Assembly (NCBI GenBank): GCA_004558025.1
Contig: SFEG01000008.1
Location: 13,909-77,908 of the forward strand
DNA: 64,000 bases
Reading direction: 5' to 3'
Source: Clostridiales bacterium
GTDB lineage: Bacteria > Bacillota > Clostridia > Oscillospirales > Oscillospiraceae
Shown: positions 54,787 to 62,389 of the stretch, piece by piece
How the letters are laid out: each line of letters begins with the position of its first letter
How positions within the stretch are numbered: the first letter of the stretch is position 1
The notes under the pieces: generated by a model
What the model saw: only the letters and a program-made list of their open reading frames with translations
Told to the model about the DNA's origin: nothing
Databases searched by the model: none
Made by a program: the position numbers and the translations under genes

Positions 54787-55902
54787 TCAGTTTGGCTTTT
54801 TCTTGCGATAAGTACCTGCAAGCACTGCCAGGCTGATGACCGCTATCGCAGACATCATGACAACGCTTCTTGTATCTCCGGTCTCTGACGGAGTCTTGGA
54901 CTCTGTCGGCTTATCCGGAGTATTCGGATTGTCCGGGTTGTTCGGCTTATCCGGAGTGTTCGGATTGTCGGGATTACTCGGCTTATCCGGAGTATTCGGA
55001 TCGTCGGGATTGCTCGGCTTATCCGGAGTATTCGGATCGTCGGGATTGCTCGGCTTATCCGGAGTATTCGGATCGTCGGGATTGCTCGGCTTATCCGGTG
55101 TGTTCGGATCATCCGGCTTGCCGGGCTTATCGCCGCCGGGGTTATCGCCGCCGGGGTTGTTGCCGCCGGGGTTGTCGCCGCCGGGGTTGTTGCCGCCGGG
55201 ATTGTCGCCGCCGGGGTTGTTGCCGCCGGGGTTGTCGCCGCCGGGGTTGTCGCCGCCGGGATTGCTGCCGCCGGGATTGTCGCCGCCGGGATTGCTGCCG
55301 CTGCCGATACTGTCAATGTTCAGGTGAACGACATGACCGCCGACATTGCTCATAAACATGTATGTAGCGTTGCCGGGTACATAGTCTGCGGCCACTCCGG
55401 TGAAACCACTGCTCGGATTCCAGATGATGGCCTCCTCGACGGTGTTGCCGTAAATGAGATCCCAGCCCTTGATGTTCGCTCCGTTAACTTCTATCTTGAG
55501 CGTGCATGCACCGGGAAGCCTTATGAGTGAACCGTGAGTTACAAGCTGAATGTCATCCTTCAAGGTCAAGTAGTCCTTGGTAAAGGTGGAACGCCAGAAA
55601 ACGGTGTTCGTAACAGGCAGATAAGCTGTAACGGTCACGGTAGCGTCAGCCGGAAGATTCTCGTAGCCATGCAGGCAAAGCAGGAAGTTGATGAAGTTTG
55701 CGTCGGGATACTCTGTATTGCGAAGCCCGATCCCGCTGAAGTAAGACGAAAGAGTCGAGACAGTGTCGGTATCCGCAGCAACATCCACATCAAGTCCATC
55801 GGCATTTGCGTCAGCACTTAGAGCGAAAACAGCAATCAGGAAGACAGCAAGCACAAAAAGCGCCGTAAGCACAGGCCTGCTGAGCCTTTTCGCTTTTACC
55901 AT
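54787..55902 (-). CDS. Repetitive cell-surface protein with a C-terminal sorting signal (PSETG)
   Basis: Signal peptide, a ~190-aa globular region, (G-G-D/N/S-N-P)n and (KPSNPDDPNTPD)n repeats, then PSETG, a hydrophobic helix and RKKK. Confidence 0.85.
   Translation of the reverse strand: MVKAKRLSRPVLTALFVLAVFLIAVFALSADANADGLDVDVAADTDTVSTLSSYFSGIGLRNTEYPDANFINFLLCLHGYENLPADATVTVTAYLPVTNTVFWRSTFTKDYLTLKDDIQLVTHGSLIRLPGACTLKIEVNGANIKGWDLIYGNTVEEAIIWNPSSGFTGVAADYVPGNATYMFMSNVGGHVVHLNIDSIGSGSNPGGDNPGGSNPGGDNPGGDNPGGNNPGGDNPGGNNPGGDNPGGNNPGGDNPGGDKPGKPDDPNTPDKPSNPDDPNTPDKPSNPDDPNTPDKPSNPDDPNTPDKPSNPDNPNTPDKPNNPDNPNTPDKPTESKTPSETGDTRSVVMMSAIAVISLAVLAGTYRKKKPN
54907..55122. repeat. Six tandem 36-nt coding repeats
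   Basis: The unit cggcttatccggagtattcggatcgtcgggattgct encodes KPSNPDDPNTPD on the minus strand. Confidence 0.9.
55123..55302. repeat. Twelve tandem 15-nt coding repeats
   Basis: The unit ggggttgtcgccgcc encodes GGDNP-type pentapeptides on the minus strand. Confidence 0.9.
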
Positions 55903-56186
55903 ACTATTAAGTTTTCCTCCTTTCCCAAAGGATACATACTAATACCTACACCACCGCGGATTATCCATGCGGCATCGATTATCCCTGCCCTTCGGCAGGG
56001 AAGCAGTCAACCGTTATTCACGGAAGCAGCACGGAGGCTATTAATTAGTATTGCAGATATGATACTATATTGTAACCGAAAGTTCAATGCAGAAAATGGT
56101 AAAATAAGCTTTTTATAAACAAAATCGCATAAAATTTTAGTTAAAATTTTTGAAAGATATATACAATACGGGTGTAATGTATAGAG

Positions 56187-56215
56187 TTGCGAACGGGTGC
56201 TTTTTATGCTAAAAT
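56187..56215 (+). promoter_or_regulatory. Sigma-A type promoter of the pyridoxal kinase gene
   Basis: TTGCGA, 17 nt, TGcTAAAAT (extended -10). Confidence 0.5.
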
Positions 56216-56254
56216 CAAAACGATAATTCGGTTTATATTAAGGTAGGATACACT

Positions 56255-57121
56255 ATGGAAAAACTGCCGAGGCTGCCGAGAATGGCGGCCATACATGATC
56301 TTTCGGGGCTGGGCAAATGCTCGCTGACCGTTGCGCTTCCTATAGTTTCCGTGACGGGAGTCGAGTGCTGCTGCATACCGACGGCGCTTTTGTCGACGCA
56401 TACGGGCGGCTTCACGGACTGGACATTCACCGACCTGAGCGGAGATATAGTTCCGATCGCCGAGCACTGGCACGAGCTGGGTGTCGGCTTTGATGCCATA
56501 TATTCGGGCTATCTTGCGTCGGAGACACAGGGAAAGCTGCTTGAGCGGGCAATTGAGCTCCTGCGCGGAGAGAATACGCTGGTGATCGTCGACCCGGCTA
56601 TGGCCGATAACGGCAGATACTACGCCAATCTCGGCGGGGAGATGACGGAATGCTTCCGCAGACTTATAAAAAAGGCGGATATCATAACGCCGAATATGAC
56701 CGAGGCGTGCTTCCTGACCGGCATGGAATACAGACCTGGTGTGCACGATGAGGCCTATGTCGCCGAGCTTATCGACCGTCTGTCCGAGCTGGGGCCTTCT
56801 TTTGTTGCCATAACCGGCGTCAGCACCGAAAGCGGTAGGGTGGGCATAGTCGCACGCGATAACAGAAGCGGGAAAATGTGCTCTGTCATGAACAAAACGC
56901 TCGACGGAATGTTCCACGGCTCGGGCGATGTGTTCGCGTCGGCGTTCGCAGCCCTGCTCACACAGGGGGCTCCTCTTGAGGATGCACTGAATACCGCCGA
57001 GGAATTTGTGACGGCCGCCATAGAGCGAACGGCTGCGCGCGGAACTCCGCGCGAATACGGCCTCGATTTTGAGGGAGTGCTGCCGGATTATATAGATGCG
57101 TGCCGCAAGCTGTTCAAGTAG
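56255..57121 (+). CDS. pdxK: Pyridoxamine/pyridoxal kinase (ribokinase superfamily)
   Basis: IHDLSGLGKCSL, VIVDPAMADNG, ADIITPNMTEA and GSGDVFASAF motifs. Confidence 0.85.
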   Translation: MEKLPRLPRMAAIHDLSGLGKCSLTVALPIVSVTGVECCCIPTALLSTHTGGFTDWTFTDLSGDIVPIAEHWHELGVGFDAIYSGYLASETQGKLLERAIELLRGENTLVIVDPAMADNGRYYANLGGEMTECFRRLIKKADIITPNMTEACFLTGMEYRPGVHDEAYVAELIDRLSELGPSFVAITGVSTESGRVGIVARDNRSGKMCSVMNKTLDGMFHGSGDVFASAFAALLTQGAPLEDALNTAEEFVTAAIERTAARGTPREYGLDFEGVLPDYIDACRKLFK

Positions 57122-57196
57122 ATAGACAGTATGTTGACCAAGTGTTCAAGATGCTGAAATTACCATGATTAATTTCCAAATACTCTTGACATAAAC

Positions 57197-57226
57197 TTGA
57201 CATTTGCGCTGAAGTTAAAGTATAAT
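57197..57226 (+). promoter_or_regulatory. Sigma-A type promoter of dehydratase-like pair 1
   Basis: TTGACA, 18 nt, TATAAT. Confidence 0.5.
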
Positions 57227-57304
57227 CAAACAAAGAAGTATGGGGGATTCTCATACGAAAATAACTGGTAGGCAAAAATTTAAAATAAGCGGAAGGGGTT
57301 GCAA

Positions 57305-58492
57305 ATGAAAGACCTAAAACATCTGATCTATTTTGAAAACCTGCTGCAGGACGCTCAGAACGAGCTCGTCACCAAGGCAGTGGAGGATGGGCAGATAGCA
57401 CTCGGTTATAACTGCTATTACATACCCGAAGTCCTTCTCAATCTTGAAGGCTGCTTCTCTTCAAGACTTCGTGCACCCAATTGCACATCCAGCGACATCG
57501 CAAACTACTACATGACAAACCGTACCTGCCCCTATGCACGCTCCATTCTTGAGCGCGCCATTGAAGGCGGATACAACTATCTGAGCGCTCTGTTCGGCGC
57601 GGAGAGCTGCGCTACCATGGAGCGTATGGAGGAGCATTTCTTCCTCATCAATCCCGTAAAGCACGACGGCTTCTTCGTCACCCAGATCGATCCCCCCATG
57701 AAGGGCGATCAGACAAACCTCGATTACTACAAGGCACAGCTCAAGCTCAAGGTCGTTGACGCAATGCGCGACCGCCTCGGCATTGACGTCTCCGAAGAGG
57801 CGATGCGCAAGGCGATCGAGCAGGAAAATGAGCTCAGCCGCATAATCACCGAGATCGGTAATTTCCGCAAGCTCGATAATCCTCCCATCACCGGCTATGA
57901 GTTCCACGTGATCCAGCTCGTGAGCCAGGTCTGCCCGCATAAGCTGATCCTGCCTTACCTCAAGGAGACCCTCGAAGAGATCAAGACCCGCGAGCCCGAG
58001 GAGAAGTTCCCGTTCCGCGCGCGCGTTGCGCTCGTCGGCTCTGAGATCGACGACCCCGAGTTCACAAAGCTAATCGAGATGTGTGGCGCAATGGTAGTTG
58101 CCGACCGCTACTGCTTCGGCTCCTTCCCCAGCAGAGAACAGATCGAGATACGCGACGGCGAGACCGCATTCGACGCTATCTGCCGCCACTACCTGTACTG
58201 GAACCAGTGCGCGCGCTTCATGGACGGCTTCAAGATCGACCAGCGTCATGCTATAGCGACTCAGCTCGTTGAGGACTTCAAGGCTGACGGCATCATCTAC
58301 GAAAACATGAAATTCTGCGAGTTCTGGAGCTATGAGAAGGTTCTCGCAAACCACATCTTCACGAACGAAAAGCACATTCCTTGCTGCACCATCGAGAAGG
58401 AGTACTCCCTCGGCGCAGTCGGACAGCTTCGTACACGTTTCCAGGCATTCATCGAATCCCTGGAGATCAAGTCCATTCAGGGAGGTAAGTAA
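57305..58492 (+). CDS. 2-hydroxyacyl-CoA dehydratase family protein (HgdB/BcrC-like), beta1
   Basis: GYNCYYIPEVLL, SCATMERMEEHF, DRYCFGS and MKFCEFWSYE Cys-containing blocks are typical of the HGD-D family. ATG at 57305. Confidence 0.75.
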   Translation: MKDLKHLIYFENLLQDAQNELVTKAVEDGQIALGYNCYYIPEVLLNLEGCFSSRLRAPNCTSSDIANYYMTNRTCPYARSILERAIEGGYNYLSALFGAESCATMERMEEHFFLINPVKHDGFFVTQIDPPMKGDQTNLDYYKAQLKLKVVDAMRDRLGIDVSEEAMRKAIEQENELSRIITEIGNFRKLDNPPITGYEFHVIQLVSQVCPHKLILPYLKETLEEIKTREPEEKFPFRARVALVGSEIDDPEFTKLIEMCGAMVVADRYCFGSFPSREQIEIRDGETAFDAICRHYLYWNQCARFMDGFKIDQRHAIATQLVEDFKADGIIYENMKFCEFWSYEKVLANHIFTNEKHIPCCTIEKEYSLGAVGQLRTRFQAFIESLEIKSIQGGK

Positions 58493-60096
58493 TGATGTTC
58501 GATAAAGTTATAGCAGCAGTAGATAAAAAGCTTGAACGCTTTGACCCCATATGGCAGGCCGAAAACGGCGTCGGCGGTCAGAGATCCCGTTACTACGACA
58601 AGACCGGCGTTGCAAAATGGCGTGAATGGCGCGGCGTTAAGGACACCATGGTCGACTACGGCGCATGGCTGAAGAACCTTGCCTCAATGGCGATGATGGT
58701 AGCCTCCGCTCCGATCCCCTGTCTCAAGGGCTTTTGGGAGTACCGCTGGATGGGCTCCTACCTCGGCACCTTCATGTTCATCGACCGCCTGTTCGAGGGC
58801 TTCCGCGGCTATGAGCTCGTTACTGCACATAAGTGCATGCACGCTATCGTCCGCAGCCTGACCAAGAAGATCGCGTTCTGCCTGAGCAATGACCGTCGTC
58901 TCGGCGGCGGCAAGGATACCGACCGCATCGTTCCCATGGATGAGGTTCTGCCTCCGCTGTTCATGATGGGCTTCAAGGAGCTCGTTCCGTTCCCTCTGCA
59001 GACGCTGCCTGAGTTCATCATCTGCGATGTTGACCAGCACATTGAGCCCTACTACATCGACGTTGCCGAGTCCTTCGGTCTTCCCGCCGACGTCTGCTCC
59101 CGCTGCGCGGCAGAGACCGGCGTTGCTCTCGACGACGCATTCCCCCTCATCGGTAAGGCAATGATCTCGACCAATATGCCATGCAATGCATCCGAGGCCA
59201 CCTCCATGTTCCAGCGCCGCCGCATAGGCATGCCGGACTTCCCCGTAACACTCGCCATGATTCACAACGAGCCGGGCGCGCATCCGTATTCCACCCAGAT
59301 GCTCAAGGACGCTATCGCCTTCATCGAGAAGGAGTACGGCGTAAAGTACGACTGGGATAACCTCTTTAAGTATGCAAAGCTCATGAACGAGCAGAACACC
59401 ATTGAGCTTGAAAAGTGGGATTACTTCAAGACTCCGTACTCCGCGCTGTGCGGCATAGCGGAGACTCTGTACCGCCTGTATGCTTGGGCCTCCGTAAACG
59501 GCACCGATCCTTACTTCAACAAGGTTGACCGTCAGGTCATAAAGATCATGCGCAAGGCGTATGAGGAGAAGAGAGAGCCCTTCGGCGGCCGTACCCGCCA
59601 CCGTGCCTTCCTGTGGGGCCCCTCCGCTGTTTACTACACCGATTTCCCGACCTGGATCCAGAACTGCTGGGGCATCAATATCGTCCTGAACATGGACTCC
59701 ACCATGGGTCACAACATGATAAACACCGAGGATCCCGAAGAGGCAATCAAGGATCTGGCTCTGTTCTCCGAAAAGGCTACCATGCGTCACCACGCCGTCG
59801 GCGGCTGGGACAACGTCAACGCTATCTGGGAGTGGGCAAAGAATTTCAACTGCGACATGGTCCTGTTTAACGACAACATCGCCTGCAAGGGTATGCTCGG
59901 CGTCCACGCTCTCATGGAAGAGCAGGCCAGAGAGCTCGGCTTCCACTTCATCTTCATCGAGCATGACCTTGAAGACAGCCGCACCGTTTCCCGCCAGGAT
60001 ATGCGTAACTGCGTAAACGGCTACATGTCCGTCGTCCTGGGCGAGAAGCCTCTCGACCCGACCATCGTTGAGTTTGACGACAGCGAAGCATATTAA
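58492..60096 (+). CDS. 2-hydroxyacyl-CoA dehydratase family protein, large subunit-like, alpha1
   Basis: TAATG overlap with beta1. Blocks ESFGLPADVCSRC, NMPCNAS and NIACKG. Paralogue of the ORF at 62389. Confidence 0.65.
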   Translation: MMFDKVIAAVDKKLERFDPIWQAENGVGGQRSRYYDKTGVAKWREWRGVKDTMVDYGAWLKNLASMAMMVASAPIPCLKGFWEYRWMGSYLGTFMFIDRLFEGFRGYELVTAHKCMHAIVRSLTKKIAFCLSNDRRLGGGKDTDRIVPMDEVLPPLFMMGFKELVPFPLQTLPEFIICDVDQHIEPYYIDVAESFGLPADVCSRCAAETGVALDDAFPLIGKAMISTNMPCNASEATSMFQRRRIGMPDFPVTLAMIHNEPGAHPYSTQMLKDAIAFIEKEYGVKYDWDNLFKYAKLMNEQNTIELEKWDYFKTPYSALCGIAETLYRLYAWASVNGTDPYFNKVDRQVIKIMRKAYEEKREPFGGRTRHRAFLWGPSAVYYTDFPTWIQNCWGINIVLNMDSTMGHNMINTEDPEEAIKDLALFSEKATMRHHAVGGWDNVNAIWEWAKNFNCDMVLFNDNIACKGMLGVHALMEEQARELGFHFIFIEHDLEDSRTVSRQDMRNCVNGYMSVVLGEKPLDPTIVEFDDSEAY

Positions 60097-60114
60097 TAGG
60101 AGGATATAATAACG

Positions 60115-60288
60115 ATGAAAAACGTTGCAAAGATCGGCGGCAAGCTCGCCATGTTCGCATTCCTCGCTTTTGTCGGCACCTTTACCCTGTACATCACCAA
60201 CGGCGAAAACAAGCTCATCTACTATGTCATTCGCCCGCTGCTGAACAAGCATTACGATTCCCAGGTTCGTGACCGCAGGATCGTCTGA
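60115..60288 (+). CDS. Small single-TM protein (57 aa)
   Basis: Not in the ORF track. TAGGAGGA lies 8 nt upstream. MKNVAKIGGKLAMFAFLAFVGTFTLYITNGENKLIYYVIRPLLNKHYDSQVRDRRIV. A terminator follows. Confidence 0.55.
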   Translation: MKNVAKIGGKLAMFAFLAFVGTFTLYITNGENKLIYYVIRPLLNKHYDSQVRDRRIV

Positions 60289-60306
60289 TTGCGTATTTTA
60301 ATCACT

Positions 60307-60338
60307 GAGAGACCCCGAACTTCGGGGTCTCTTTTTTC
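60307..60338 (+). terminator. Rho-independent terminator after pair 1
   Basis: gagaccccga-act-tcggggtctc followed by tttttt. Confidence 0.85.
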
Positions 60339-60437
60339 GCTTGCGAGCAAATTGACAATTTTGTTGAATGTGTATAGCAGAACACGTTTTTTATGCAAAA
60401 AAACCTGAAATTTTCATATAAAAGGACGTATATTCTC

Positions 60438-60466
60438 TTGCAAAACCAAGGCACTTGTGTTAAACT
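60438..60466 (+). promoter_or_regulatory. Sigma-A type promoter of the CooC-like / pair 2 unit
   Basis: TTGCAA, 17 nt, TAAACT. Confidence 0.45.
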
Positions 60467-60519
60467 GTTATCAAAATGCGTAAGGTATGTATAAGCGCAA
60501 TTGAAGGGGGGACGTATTA

Positions 60520-61284
60520 TTGGAAAACAAAGCGAAGATCATAGCGGTCGCCGGTAAGGGCGGCGTCGGCAAGACGTCGATCTCGGCATCGATCGTAAGG
60601 CTTTTGGTGGAGAATTTCCCGGATAAAAAGATCCTTGCGATAGATGCAGACCCCGCTGTCGGCCTGTCTGTCGCTCTCGGCGTTGATGTTAAGCTCACAC
60701 TTGACGATATCCGCATGAGCATCGTTGACAGCGTCGAAAACGGCGAAACAAGAGAAGCGCTTGAGCTTTTGAGCGAGGCGCGATTCAAAATCTTTGACGC
60801 ACTGGTCGAAATGCCCGGCTTTGCATTTCTCGGCATCGGCAGGCCCGAAAGCTCCGGCTGCTACTGCAAGGTCAATTCCTACCTGAAGGAAGTCATCGGC
60901 ATTCTGGCAAACAGCTTCGACTATGTCGTCATTGACGGTGAGGCCGGCATTGAGCAGATACAGCGCCGCGTTATGGATAAGGTAACGCATCTGCTGCTCG
61001 TCACCGACCAGAGCAAAAAGGGCTGCCAGGTCGTATCAACGATCAAGAACGTCGCAGACGAGCTGATCGTTTACGATAAGATCGGCGCCATCGTAAACAG
61101 AATGACAAATCCCGAGCTCGCGGAGCTCATAACAGTGCCCGGTGTTGACATCGTGGCGCGCATCCCTGCGGACAATGCATTTGCCGCAAACGATATTAAG
61201 GGTCAGAGTGTGCTCAATCTGCCCGAAGATTCTCTTATGCTCAACGGAGTAAAGGAAGCACTCCAAAAAATAGAAATTCTTTGA
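60520..61284 (+). CDS. CooC/AcsF-type MinD-fold metallocentre-maturation ATPase homologue
   Basis: Deviant Walker A AGKGGVGKTS, DADPA, the CXC metal motif SSGCYCKVNSYL, and DGEAGIEQ. TTG start with AAGGGGGGA upstream. Confidence 0.8.
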   Translation: MENKAKIIAVAGKGGVGKTSISASIVRLLVENFPDKKILAIDADPAVGLSVALGVDVKLTLDDIRMSIVDSVENGETREALELLSEARFKIFDALVEMPGFAFLGIGRPESSGCYCKVNSYLKEVIGILANSFDYVVIDGEAGIEQIQRRVMDKVTHLLLVTDQSKKGCQVVSTIKNVADELIVYDKIGAIVNRMTNPELAELITVPGVDIVARIPADNAFAANDIKGQSVLNLPEDSLMLNGVKEALQKIEIL

Positions 61285-61300
61285 AGAAGAGGTGTAACAT

Positions 61301-62389
61301 TTGAAAGATCTTAAGCATCTGATCTACAACATAGGCAACTGTTTCTCCGTGCGTCTGCGCGCACCGAAGACAGGTTCGATCGACATCGCGACCTACTACA
61401 TGTCCAACTACACCTGCGAGTACGCACGCGCACTCGTAGAACGTGCAATTGAGGGCGGCTATCAGTTCCTCGACGCAATGATCGGTGTAGACGCATGCTC
61501 CATGATGAACCGTGCAATGGAGCATTTCGAGGTCCTGAAGGTCAACGATAAGGAAAAGTTCTTTGTAACTCACATGGACATTCCTTTCAAGGTGACCGAC
61601 TATACCCTCGAAGCTTACGAAACCCAGATGCAGATCCACGTTTTGGATAACCTGAAGGAGAAGTTCGGTATCGACACCTCCGAGAAGGCTATCCGCAAGG
61701 CTGTTAAGGAGCACAACGAAGTCTGCAAGATCCTCACCGAGATCGGCGATATGCGCAAGGCTGAAAACCCCGTTATCACCGGCTATGAGTATCACGTCCT
61801 GAACCTCGTTTCCTTCACCTGCCCGAAGAGACTCATTCTCCCCTACCTGAAGGAGACCCTGAAAGAGCTCAAGGCTCGCAAGCCCGATCCCAAGCCCTGG
61901 TTCCGCGCAAGAGTTGCTATCGTTGGTTCCGAGATCGACGATCCCAACCTCACCAAGCTTATCGAAGGCTGCGGTGCATTTGTCTGCTCCGACCGTCACT
62001 GCTTCGGCTCGACTCCCGGCCGTGAGGTCATCGAGCTCAATGACGACGAGCCCGCACTCAGACAGATCTGCCGTCACGTAATGGAGCACTCCGAGTGCGC
62101 ACGTTACATATCCGATGAGAAGGTCATGCAGCGTCGTCACACCGCAGACCGCCTTGCAAAAGAGTACCACGCAGAAGGCATCATCTACGAGCAGATGAAG
62201 TACTGCGACTACTGGGGCTTCGAGCGTGCACTCGTCAGCCATGTTATGGCTGAGGAATACGGCTGGCCCGTACTGTCCATCGATAGACTGTACAACAACG
62301 GTAACTCTGGTCAGCTCCGTACCCGCTGCCAGGCCTTTGTTGAGTCTCTGGAGATCAAGCGTATTCATAAAGAGGAGGGCATAAAGTAA
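61301..62389 (+). CDS. 2-hydroxyacyl-CoA dehydratase family protein, beta2 (paralogue of beta1 with an N-terminal deletion)
   Basis: Shares MKDLKHLIY, RLRAP, ERAIEGGY, ITGYEYHV, ILPYLKETL, RARVAIVGSEIDDP, DRHCFGS and GQLRTRCQAFVESLEIK with beta1. TTG start. Confidence 0.75.
   Translation: MKDLKHLIYNIGNCFSVRLRAPKTGSIDIATYYMSNYTCEYARALVERAIEGGYQFLDAMIGVDACSMMNRAMEHFEVLKVNDKEKFFVTHMDIPFKVTDYTLEAYETQMQIHVLDNLKEKFGIDTSEKAIRKAVKEHNEVCKILTEIGDMRKAENPVITGYEYHVLNLVSFTCPKRLILPYLKETLKELKARKPDPKPWFRARVAIVGSEIDDPNLTKLIEGCGAFVCSDRHCFGSTPGREVIELNDDEPALRQICRHVMEHSECARYISDEKVMQRRHTADRLAKEYHAEGIIYEQMKYCDYWGFERALVSHVMAEEYGWPVLSIDRLYNNGNSGQLRTRCQAFVESLEIKRIHKEEGIK

Noticed and set aside
53700-54800. Possible integrative element at the tRNA locus
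   Set aside because: No integrase, recombinase, excisionase or direct repeat of the tRNA 3' end is visible. The flanking genes are a sortase and a peptidase.
54900-55310. Regular short tandem repeats that could be mistaken for a CRISPR array
   Set aside because: There are no unique spacers. The units are contiguous 36-nt and 15-nt in-frame repeats encoding KPSNPDDPNTPD and GGDNP within a signal-peptide/sorting-signal protein.
55903-56100. Possible c-di-GMP or other riboswitch in the long leader of the sortase-substrate gene (hairpin ccctgcc-cttc-ggcaggg and others)
   Set aside because: I could not find the conserved GEMM-I/II core sequences or any other riboswitch signature by eye. The region is left as an unexplained structured leader only.
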